IMG/VR virus record: IMGVR_UViG_3300042973_000027
Location: 686 to 64,685 of that record
Source: a virus
Taxonomy: Duplodnaviria; Caudoviricetes
Direction: 5' to 3' (one strand)
DNA: 64,000 nt
How positions within the stretch are numbered: the first letter of the stretch is position 1; each line of letters starts with the position of its first letter. The notes under the pieces were generated by a model. That model had not been told where the DNA came from. It was given only the letters and a program-made list of their open reading frames with translations, and did no database searches. The position numbers and the translations under genes were made by a program. Below are positions 56,390 through 64,000 of this stretch, piece after piece.

Positions 56390-57901
56390 CTAAGCGTCGC
56401 CGACACCGCTGGGGGCGTTACCGCCCTTGGGGGATCCGCCGCCGAGCTCGCCCGCGCGCTTCCTGGCGGTGGCCTCGTCCTCGCCGTACCACCTCATGCG
56501 GTACTCCCAGGCGGCCATGGTGACGCCGACCTCCCTCATGTCCCTGGCCTTCTCGGCGTCCGTGTCCTGGACGATGGAGTCGTCGAAGGCCACGCGGATC
56601 TCGCCCTCGTCGGGGATGCCCTCGCCGAGCGTGCGCGACACTGCCATGGCCGCGTGCGAGATGCCCGCGATGGACCCCTCGAGCAGGTTCTCGTGCCTGC
56701 GGATGTTGCGCATGAGGGTGGAGTTGTCCGAGGAGACCTCCGTTGCCGTCTTGACGTATCCGGTGTTGTCGAAGTCGAAGTATGTGAGCCCGAAGCCCGT
56801 CAGGTCGCCGAGCATCTGCAGGGCGATGCGGAAGGCTTCTGATTGTGCATTTGTGCGAAGCGCGGGCGCGAACTCCTGGATCATGTCCTCGGTGCTCATG
56901 ACCTTGCGGAAGACGGTGCAGTCCTGCCTGCCAAAGGGGATGGTGATGTCCCTGTTGCCGTCGGTCTCGCGGTCGAAGAGAACGTCTGAGAGGAACACTC
57001 TCATCTTGCTCACGTCCACCTCGTTGATGAGCGCGTCGAAGGTGAGGTCCACCGCCTGGATCGCGTCGATGGCATCGGCGAACACGCTCTGGCCGTAGGG
57101 CGACATGTCCACGCGCGTGTTGGTGATGGCGGGTTTGACTATCGAGAAGGTCGGGAAGGTGCTGCCCGTCTCGTATGTGGGGAGAATGCCCATGGGCGCG
57201 AGTTCGTTGCCCTCGTGGTCGAAGCATACGGTGACGATGCGGTACGTGGGCTCGTTTTCCATGTCGAGAAGAACGTTCGCGTCCGTTGCGTTTCGTGCCG
57301 TGCATGCGGAAGGTTCGGAAGGCGAATCCGTTGCCGAGAAGCCCATGCCTCCCAAGAGGTGCATCTGCAGCTGGTCGACCGCCTTCCCACGGTAGAACGC
57401 CCGCGTGACGAAGGCGCACTCCGTCACCCCGTCCTCGTCCCATGTCAGGGGAATCACCATGCGCGCGTCGTAGTGGCGGATGCGGACCTTCCGCCTGTCC
57501 ACGTCCACCCACAGCGCGAAGGCGCCGGTCCCAAGGCCGAACGCCCTCACGATGGTCGCCTGCGCCTGCGCCATGAAGTTCGTTTGCGAGAAGAACGCGC
57601 CGAGCCAATCGGTGGCCCCCTGGTCCTCGCATACCACCTGCACGTTCTCGTTGAGGAGAAGGGACCCCCACTCCCTGCACACGCGCATGGCGGGGCGGAT
57701 GGACCGCCTGTGCACGGCATACACGCGCCCCACACCGTCGGTGTCCTGGTAGTCGTAGAACTTCCCGCGCGCGCCCATCCAGTCGTCCCACGCGCGGATG
57801 TGCCCCTCCATGTCGTCCAGGGGAAGGTGGAACCCGAGCCTGCGGAGGTACTCCCTCACGTGCTCCGGCACCCAGTACTCGTCCGTCGTTTCTATGCTCA
57901 T
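56390..57901 (-). CDS. Phage portal protein (SPP1 gp6/A118-like)
   Basis: SPYGQSVF, LQMLGDLTG, YVKTATEVSS, FDDSI; follows terL. Confidence 0.9.
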   Translation of the reverse strand: MSIETTDEYWVPEHVREYLRRLGFHLPLDDMEGHIRAWDDWMGARGKFYDYQDTDGVGRVYAVHRRSIRPAMRVCREWGSLLLNENVQVVCEDQGATDWLGAFFSQTNFMAQAQATIVRAFGLGTGAFALWVDVDRRKVRIRHYDARMVIPLTWDEDGVTECAFVTRAFYRGKAVDQLQMHLLGGMGFSATDSPSEPSACTARNATDANVLLDMENEPTYRIVTVCFDHEGNELAPMGILPTYETGSTFPTFSIVKPAITNTRVDMSPYGQSVFADAIDAIQAVDLTFDALINEVDVSKMRVFLSDVLFDRETDGNRDITIPFGRQDCTVFRKVMSTEDMIQEFAPALRTNAQSEAFRIALQMLGDLTGFGLTYFDFDNTGYVKTATEVSSDNSTLMRNIRRHENLLEGSIAGISHAAMAVSRTLGEGIPDEGEIRVAFDDSIVQDTDAEKARDMREVGVTMAAWEYRMRWYGEDEATARKRAGELGGGSPKGGNAPSGVGDA

Positions 57902-57939
57902 GTGGCCACCTCTATCTGCCATGCGGATATGCAAGGCGA

Positions 57940-57959
57940 AGTGTCCGCTGCCGTCACAA
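57940..57959 (-). promoter_or_regulatory. Late promoter motif upstream of portal
   Basis: TTGTGAC-GGCAGCG-GACACT. Confidence 0.62.
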
Positions 57960-58017
57960 GTAGCCCCGTGCCGTAGAATATGGAGCTGACGTCGAGCCGA
58001 GCCATGGAGCGAGCGAT

Positions 58018-58614
58018 TTGGAATCCCTACCGTACTGGAACCACAACACCGCCTACTACGGGTGGGTGAGGAAGAGGACCGCACCATGTCGGTCGGTGCT
58101 GGACGTTGGGTGCGGCGACGGCTCGCTGCTCATGTTCCTGGACGACGGAGAGAGGCGTCTGGTCGGGCTGGACGTGGACGCCTCCTGCATATGCAGGGCC
58201 CGCGAGAGGGCCGAGGGCGGCAACGCCACGTTCGAGCTTGCGTCCTTCGAGGACTACCACCCAGCGCACAGCTTCGACGCGGTTGTGTTCGTCGCATCGA
58301 TTCACCACATGGACATGAGGGCCGCCATCGCGAAGGCGAAGTCGCTGCTTGCCCCGGGCGGCCTGCTTCTCGTCGTCGGCGTCGCATCGCCCTCCACACT
58401 CGCAGACTACATGGTCGAGGGGCTCCGCGTCCTGCCCTGCAGAGCCATCTCCGCAGCCAGGGGCATGCGCACCAGCGAGGACGAGAACATACCCGTGTCC
58501 TACGCCTTCCCGACCATGGGCGAGGTGCGCCGGGTCCTTTCCGACGAGCTGCCCGGCCACAGTCTGCGGTACGGGCTCTATTACCGCTATCTGGTCGAAT
58601 GGAAGAAGCGATAG
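58018..58614 (+). CDS. Moron: class I SAM-dependent methyltransferase
   Basis: VLDVGCGDG, VGLDVD, FDAVVFVASIHH; TTG start with GGAG. Confidence 0.87.
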   Translation: MESLPYWNHNTAYYGWVRKRTAPCRSVLDVGCGDGSLLMFLDDGERRLVGLDVDASCICRARERAEGGNATFELASFEDYHPAHSFDAVVFVASIHHMDMRAAIAKAKSLLAPGGLLLVVGVASPSTLADYMVEGLRVLPCRAISAARGMRTSEDENIPVSYAFPTMGEVRRVLSDELPGHSLRYGLYYRYLVEWKKR

Positions 58615-58635
58615 GCCCAGCCCGCCAAAAAGCCC

Positions 58636-58758
58636 TCAGCAGGCGAGAATGGCGATGACCACCGGCACGCAGGCCAACCTCCGCATCATGTCGAGCATGG
58701 CGAAAAGGGCACACAGCAAAGTGATGATTGCGAAGGCGAGAATGACGAGAAGAACCAT
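58636..58758 (-). CDS. Possible 40-aa hydrophobic peptide
   Basis: ATG 3 nt after terL stop; MVLLVILAFAIITLLCALFAMLDMMRRLACVPVVIAILAC. Confidence 0.4.
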   Translation of the reverse strand: MVLLVILAFAIITLLCALFAMLDMMRRLACVPVVIAILAC

Positions 58759-58761
58759 GCC

Positions 58762-60042
58762 CTACCCCCGCAGGACGTCGTCCATCATGGCGTAGCGCAC
58801 CGCGTCGATGGAGTGGTCGTTGCCGTCCGGGATCTCGTCGACCCAGTTGCCCTCGCGGTCGCGCTCGAACTCCTTCAGGGTGAACTCGGAGAAGGTCAAG
58901 GGGCACCGGTTCGGGTCGATGACGATCTCGCGCAGACCCGCCAGCCATTCGTAGGACAATCGCCTCATCCTTGCCTTCCTGGCGGCGTGCACGCGGATGC
59001 CGAGCTCGCGCCTCCACACGTTCATCTGAACCTTCGAGTCCGGCGTGTCGTCGCAGTAGACGACCTGGTCGTGGAAGTAGGCCTCTCCGTTCATTTCATC
59101 TGAGAAGGTGAGGGAATCCACCACGATCCTGCCGGTGTCGGCGGGCATGGTCTTGTTGGCGGAATGCTCCTCGAAGACGAGGAGGCGCCGCGCGGAGGGC
59201 TCCCACGCGCAGCGCACGAAGCGCCACGGGTCCGGGAACCAGCCCCAGTCCACGCCGTTGCGTACGCGCTCGAAGCTGCGGATGCGGTCGTCTGACAGGT
59301 GAAGGTCGGTCACGTTGTCGAAGACGGCACCGCCCGTGCCGGTTATCTCGCCCAGGTACTCCCACCGCCAGGCCGTCTCGTTCGTGTCGCGCAGGTACTC
59401 GGCCTCCTCCACGAACGGCGCGCCCAGCCAGTCCGGGTGCGTCTCGATCACGTCCAGGTAAGAGGAGTCGCGCACCAGCGTGTCGTCGCGCCTCATACGC
59501 TCAAGGCGCTCGACGTTCACCCAGCTCCACATCGTCTTGGGCGGGTTGTAGGAGTAGAAGATCCAGAAGCGGTCGCCGCCGCGCCGAAGCGAGTTCAGGA
59601 TCGACCTCACGGCCTCCACGCCCTCGAACTGGTCAAGCTCCTCGAACCACACCACGCTGCAGTAGCCCTTGGTGAACTTCACGCCCTTCAGCTTGAGCGG
59701 GTCGTCCGCGCCGCGGAACACGATGCGCTGCCCGGTGGGGGTGTAGGTGATCTCCATGGGGGAGACCCTCGCCCTGAACACGCCCTCCACGCCAAGCGCC
59801 TCGATGGCCCACAGCACCTGCTGGTAGACGGAGTCCCTCAGCGTGTTGCCGAACCTCCGCACCACAACGGCATTGGCCTTCGGGTTCGCGATGACGAGAA
59901 GGACGATTGCAATGCTGATGAAGGAGGACTTCGTGCTCCCGCGCCCGCCCGGCAGCCAGTAGTGCGTGTGGCCGTGCGCCATCACGTCTCCCAGCACCGG
60001 GTGGAATCGCGGGATGACGAAGTCGGAGACGTCAGTCGCCAT
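58762..60042 (-). CDS. terL: Terminase large subunit (PBSX family)
   Basis: GGRGSTKS, VVRR, WFEELD, YNPP, GVDWG, DHSIDAVRY. Confidence 0.95.
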   Translation of the reverse strand: MATDVSDFVIPRFHPVLGDVMAHGHTHYWLPGGRGSTKSSFISIAIVLLVIANPKANAVVVRRFGNTLRDSVYQQVLWAIEALGVEGVFRARVSPMEITYTPTGQRIVFRGADDPLKLKGVKFTKGYCSVVWFEELDQFEGVEAVRSILNSLRRGGDRFWIFYSYNPPKTMWSWVNVERLERMRRDDTLVRDSSYLDVIETHPDWLGAPFVEEAEYLRDTNETAWRWEYLGEITGTGGAVFDNVTDLHLSDDRIRSFERVRNGVDWGWFPDPWRFVRCAWEPSARRLLVFEEHSANKTMPADTGRIVVDSLTFSDEMNGEAYFHDQVVYCDDTPDSKVQMNVWRRELGIRVHAARKARMRRLSYEWLAGLREIVIDPNRCPLTFSEFTLKEFERDREGNWVDEIPDGNDHSIDAVRYAMMDDVLRG

Positions 60043-60469
60043 CGGCGTCACCGCCCTGGGCCGCGCCCTCGTCGGCGTCGTCCGCCATCGGCTCGATCAC
60101 CAGGCCCAGGGTGAGCTGCACCGGCGCGTCCTTGGCGTCGTCTGCCTTGCGCTCCATCCTGCCGTACTCCATGGGGTACTTCCGCTCGAGCAGCCAGGCG
60201 GCCGCCGTCCAGTACTGCGCGCGGGACTCGGCCGCGCTCTTGATGGTCGTGAGCAGGCTTCTCTTGTACTGCGCCTCGGCCTTTTTTAGTTCGTCGCATA
60301 ACGCGCGCTTCACACCGGTCCTGGCGTCCTCGCCCTCCTTCAGCCAGCGGTAGAACGTGGCCTGGTGCACGCCGATCGCCGCGATGATGTCGGCGTCGCA
60401 CAGGCCGTCGCGCTTGAGCCCGGCTATCTGCTCGACGAGCGCGTATGTCAGCTTCAGCTTCGCGGGCAC
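60032..60469 (-). CDS. terS: Terminase small subunit-like HTH protein
   Basis: IIAAIGVHQATFYRWL, AAAWLLERKYP; GGAGG RBS; upstream of terL. Confidence 0.75.
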   Translation of the reverse strand: MPAKLKLTYALVEQIAGLKRDGLCDADIIAAIGVHQATFYRWLKEGEDARTGVKRALCDELKKAEAQYKRSLLTTIKSAAESRAQYWTAAAWLLERKYPMEYGRMERKADDAKDAPVQLTLGLVIEPMADDADEGAAQGGDADGD

Positions 60470-60502
60470 GGGCCCACCTCCCTCCAATCCTCGTTCCGCC
60501 CG

Positions 60503-60522
60503 ATTGTCCAAGGCGGTCACAA
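60503..60522 (-). promoter_or_regulatory. Late promoter motif upstream of terS
   Basis: TTGTGAC-CGCCTTG-GACAAT. Confidence 0.65.
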
Positions 60523-60574
60523 ACTGGCTTGCAGGAGGAAGGGAGGGGGCAGGGGAAAGTCCCCGGCCCCCGTG

Positions 60575-61000
60575 TCACCCGCCGTGCCCCGGACGCTGGG
60601 CCTTCAGCCCGTACTTGCGCCTCAGCCTGCTGTTGCGCTGCCTCATGGCCGCGCGCTCGCGGGCTATCTCGTCGGCGTCGGCATCCGCCTCGGCCTCCTC
60701 GCGCTCGCGCTGCAGCAGCTCGTTGAAGACGATCTCCTCCTCCAGGTGCATCTTCTCGGTGCACCGTCGGCACATGCCGCTCTGGCGGTTGAGCCTCACG
60801 CCCACGAGGCCGCACCCCGGGCACACGGTCTGCACGCGCAGGCTCACGTGGCAGCGGCTGGCCTGGCTCTCGATGGAGCGGACGGAGCGGAGGGTGCCGC
60901 ACTCGCGGCGGATCGCCTCCTGCACCGCCCGGACGCCCCGGTGGCCGCACTCGCGCATGATCTCTATCTCCCGCGTCGTCCAGGAGGTCACCGCGACCAC
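60575..61000 (-). CDS. Myb-like/Zn-finger/coiled-coil protein, candidate late regulator
   Basis: WTTREIEIMRE; CPGC..CRRC; last gene before terS. Confidence 0.62.
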   Translation of the reverse strand: MVAVTSWTTREIEIMRECGHRGVRAVQEAIRRECGTLRSVRSIESQASRCHVSLRVQTVCPGCGLVGVRLNRQSGMCRRCTEKMHLEEEIVFNELLQREREEAEADADADEIARERAAMRQRNSRLRRKYGLKAQRPGHGG

Positions 61001-61019
61001 CCCCTAAAGGGAGGGCGAA

Positions 61020-61290
61020 GGGCTTTCGGGGGTCTGCGCCTCGCGGGAAGGGAGCGGGGCTGTGTCGTCGGGGCGCCTCGTCCCCGACGCACATCCCCCT
61101 CCCCAAAAACATTTCTATATAAAGGGCTTTTTAGTGGGGGGTCCTGCAACGCTGCGCAACGGAACGCGTCGAGGAGGAGGCGCGCCAGAACGCAATGCAG
61201 CGCAACGCCCCGGCGGTAGACGGGCCGCCACACGTAGCCGCAGGGTGAAAGGGTGTAAGCCTTCGGGGCTTTCGGGCTTTTGGGGGTGAG
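61020..61290. other. Candidate phage replication origin
   Basis: AT-rich core 61105-61133; GGGCTTT x4; GCAACG repeats; downstream of helicase. Confidence 0.45.
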
Positions 61291-61294
61291 GGCG

Positions 61295-62545
61295 TCAGAG
61301 CGGTAGCGCATCCTGGCCCCCTTCCTCTTGTGAAGCACCGGAGCCCTCCAAGTCGGAAGTTGCCGCATCATTCGTGCCTTGCAGCGGACGGCGCCTGATC
61401 GTCGCCTTGGTCGCCCCACCACCGCTCACCCTCATGAAGCGGCTGGACTGGTCCACCCAGCGGTTCACGGTCGGGACACTCCAGTTCAGCGCGGCGATCA
61501 CCTCGTCGCGGAAGCACTCCTCGCCGTCGCCGACCAGGCGCTCGCACACGGCATCGAGCGAGGCCACCTTGCCCAGGCTCTCGGCCTCGGCCCGCATCTT
61601 CCTGGCCTCGCTCACGCCGCCGTAGTTGGGCTTGCAGTCGGCGAGCAGCCCGGTGGAGTCCTTCTCGTGCAGCGGGAAGCAGAACCACATGTCGAGCGGC
61701 GCCTTGGGCGGGAACTCGCGCAGGGTGAAGGACATGCGCCACCCCGTGAGGTGCAGAGTTGCCGCAAGCCTCGCGGACTGCCGCGCCATCTCCAGCGTCC
61801 CGGGCTCGAGCACGAGCTCGGTCATGTCGAGCACGGCGTCCGGGGCGCGGCCGAACACGCCGGAACCGGACCCTCGGTCGATCGCGCTCTTCAGGCCCTG
61901 GGCTCCCTTGCTGTGGTGGTGCGAGATCACCACGGTGCATCCCAGGTTCACGCAGATCTCGTCCAGCCTGGCGAAGAACTCGCGGATGTCCCTGGCGTTG
62001 TTCTCGTCGCCGTCCTGCACCATGTAGGCGGGGTCTATCACCACCATGCCGAAGTCGCCCGCCTTGCAGCGGCAGAAGAGCTCGGCCGTGATCTCCTCCA
62101 GGCTGCAGCTCTTGCCGCGCAGGGGCCACACCATCAGGTTGTCCCGCACGGTCGCGACGTCGGCGCCCTTGGCCATGGCCACGGTCGATATGCGCTTCTG
62201 AAGCGTCCGGTGGTCGGTCTCCAGGTCGATGTAGAGCACCTTCCTCTGCGCGCAGCGGAAGTCTATCCACCAGCCGCCGGTGGCCACGCTGATCGCCAGG
62301 TTGATGAGCCCCCACGTCTTGTTCGCCTTGGAGGGGCCGGTCAGCAGCATCTTGTGGGTCTCCAGAAGGATTCCCTCGACGATCTCGGCCGGCATCTCGG
62401 GAAGCTCCGCCGGCGCCACGATCGCTCGCTCGAAGGGCGGCAGCCCCGAGGGCCCGGATGTTGCCGCAACGTCACCGGAGACGAACGAGGCCGCCCCGAC
62501 GGCGGCCTCGACCTCTCCCATGTACGAGTCCTTGCCCGCGCCCAT
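61295..62545 (-). CDS. RepA/AAA_25-type SF4 helicase
   Basis: GPSKANKT, LYIDLE, VVIDP, HHHSKG, RGSG; TGATG-coupled to primase. Confidence 0.9.
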   Translation of the reverse strand: MGAGKDSYMGEVEAAVGAASFVSGDVAATSGPSGLPPFERAIVAPAELPEMPAEIVEGILLETHKMLLTGPSKANKTWGLINLAISVATGGWWIDFRCAQRKVLYIDLETDHRTLQKRISTVAMAKGADVATVRDNLMVWPLRGKSCSLEEITAELFCRCKAGDFGMVVIDPAYMVQDGDENNARDIREFFARLDEICVNLGCTVVISHHHSKGAQGLKSAIDRGSGSGVFGRAPDAVLDMTELVLEPGTLEMARQSARLAATLHLTGWRMSFTLREFPPKAPLDMWFCFPLHEKDSTGLLADCKPNYGGVSEARKMRAEAESLGKVASLDAVCERLVGDGEECFRDEVIAALNWSVPTVNRWVDQSSRFMRVSGGGATKATIRRRPLQGTNDAATSDLEGSGASQEEGGQDALPL

Positions 62546-63636
62546 CAGCGCCACCTCGTGCGCCACAGGGGCGTCGCGTCGGAGGGCGACCCGTTCCTCT
62601 GCTCGTAGTCCCACTCCGTGCCGCGCCCGGCCATCAGCCACTCGTCGGCGTCCTTGGCACCGCCCGGGTAAGGCGGTAGCACGGCATGAGGGATTCGCAG
62701 AACGTCCAGGTCATGGCAGATGCGCTCACGCGTCTTTCTGCCCTCGTCGTCCTCGTCCATCGCCACCACGAGCTTCTTGGGCCGCAGCTCGGGCGGGGTC
62801 CCGTGGAGCACCTGGGAGAGGCGCCTCGCGTTTGCGACGCCTCCCAGGGCCATCGTGTCGCCGCCGGTGATCTTGGCGAGGGCCATCGCGTCGATCAGCC
62901 CCTCGGTCACGTAGACCACGTCGGCGGAGGCGGACAGGAGCCACTCGCACCACAGGGGCGAGACGAGCCCGGCGGGCCTCCACTCCTTGTTCCGCGCGTC
63001 GCCCGGCCTGCACACCGTGCGCACCATGCAGTAGTTGGCCGTCGAGAAGTCGGCGTTCCAGAAGGGTATGGTGATGAAGCCGAAGGCCTTGGGCTCCCAC
63101 ACGCGGAACTCCGGCATGATCTCGCGCGGGTTCGTGGTGAAGCCCAGCCCGAAGGTCGCGGCGTCCCCGTCGTCCAGCCCTCGCCAGCGCAGATAGCGCC
63201 TGGCTATGTCGTTCTCCGCGTGGTAGAGCCGCCCGAAGGCGCGCCCGCATGCCTCGGCGCAGTCGGCGCCGCCGGCCTCGCGCGGATCGTCGAAGAGCGG
63301 TCGGGGCTTGGGCTTTCGCCTCTGCACGCGCTTCCCGGGTTTCTTGTCCCCATCCTCCAGGCGGTATCCGACGAGGTCTGCCACGGCCTTTGCCTGCTCC
63401 GCGAAGCCGTCTATGCCGTCGAGCTCGCCGACCAGGCTGAACACGTCCCAGGTCCTGCCGCACCCGAAGCAGTGGACGGTGTGGTCGTTCTCGTAGTAGT
63501 GCGCGGACGGGTCGCGGTCGTCGTGCGCCGGCGACGGGCAGCGGAAGGACCGGCGAAGGTCGGTCACCCCGCAACGCGCCTCCAAGAGCTCGGGCATGCA
63601 GGCCCTCAGCCCGTCGCGGTCGTGCTCGCTCACCAT
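62545..63636 (-). CDS. DNA primase (CHC2 Zn finger + TOPRIM)
   Basis: CPSPAHDD..HCFGCG; VTEGLIDA; MDEDDEG. Confidence 0.9.
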   Translation of the reverse strand: MVSEHDRDGLRACMPELLEARCGVTDLRRSFRCPSPAHDDRDPSAHYYENDHTVHCFGCGRTWDVFSLVGELDGIDGFAEQAKAVADLVGYRLEDGDKKPGKRVQRRKPKPRPLFDDPREAGGADCAEACGRAFGRLYHAENDIARRYLRWRGLDDGDAATFGLGFTTNPREIMPEFRVWEPKAFGFITIPFWNADFSTANYCMVRTVCRPGDARNKEWRPAGLVSPLWCEWLLSASADVVYVTEGLIDAMALAKITGGDTMALGGVANARRLSQVLHGTPPELRPKKLVVAMDEDDEGRKTRERICHDLDVLRIPHAVLPPYPGGAKDADEWLMAGRGTEWDYEQRNGSPSDATPLWRTRWR

Positions 63637-63775
63637 GCGACCGCCCCCTCGGGCAGGGGAATGTTGCCGCAAGGTGTAGAATCCCACGCGCAGGGCCCGG
63701 TGCCCTGCGATCCGGTGACCCGCAGCCCGCCATCCGCCAAGATTCCGGCTGTGGGTCGCCCCTGTATGTAGGCCG

Positions 63776-64000
63776 TCACGTCCGGCCCCCTTCCTCCTCG
63801 CATTCCTCGAAGAGCTCGCGCCAGTCGCCGGCCCAGCCGACGGCGGCGGCTATGGCGCGTCCGCGCTTGGGGTACGGGGGCTCCAGCCCGCGAACGATGC
63901 GGCTCACGGCTGGACGGCTGATGCCGGTCCTCCTCGCGATCATCGCCTGCATGCCCCGCCTCTCGCAAATCCGCCCGATGCGCAGCACGCGCTCGCTCAC
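63776..64000 (-). CDS. XRE/Cro-like HTH protein (may extend past window end)
   Basis: MIARRTGISRPAVSRIVRG. Confidence 0.75.
   Translation of the reverse strand: MSERVLRIGRICERRGMQAMIARRTGISRPAVSRIVRGLEPPYPKRGRAIAAAVGWAGDWRELFEECEEEGGRT

Larger units (their letters stand above)
35700..64000 (-). mobile_element. Prophage, siphovirus-like gene order, continuing beyond the window
   Basis: Lysin, holin, fibres, Dit/Tal, neck, capsid, scaffold, portal, terminases, primase, helicase, HTH. Confidence 0.92.

Overview
High-GC window, most consistent with an actinobacterial (Coriobacteriia-like) host; this is inferred from composition and gene families. It holds two adjacent mobile elements. (1) Positions 1 to ~35.7 kb: an integrative conjugative element with a tyrosine integrase (5' end outside the window), a YraN-like gene behind a hairpin promoter, and an 8-gene coupled defence-like operon (RHH, Eco57I-like MTase, GIY-YIG/SF2 helicase, PHP-ATPase, 109-aa ORF, GmrSD, 253-aa ORF, ADP-ribosylglycohydrolase). 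It also carries an oriT candidate with mobC and relaxase, an AbiF/Abi_2 HEPN gene with an embedded promoter and candidate antitoxin ncRNA, a Gram-positive T4SS (adhesin, VirB6, hydrolase, VirB4, PrgI, VirD4), a phage-like initiator/loader pair with iterons, and a Gabija-like pair whose helicase has one in-frame stop. (2) ~35.7 kb to beyond 64 kb: a prophage with lysis, fibre/baseplate, neck, capsid, portal, terminase and primase-helicase genes but no recognisable major tail, tail chaperone, tape-measure or minor-head gene. A ~9 kb Dcm + Mza-like (MORC, Z1, DUF4420, AIPR) island and a ~390-bp degenerate palindrome sit between portal and scaffold. Five late-module intergenic regions share the motif TGTGAC-N7-KANNNT. 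No CRISPR array, rRNA or intact tRNA was seen. Product calls rest on motifs read by eye; no searches were run.
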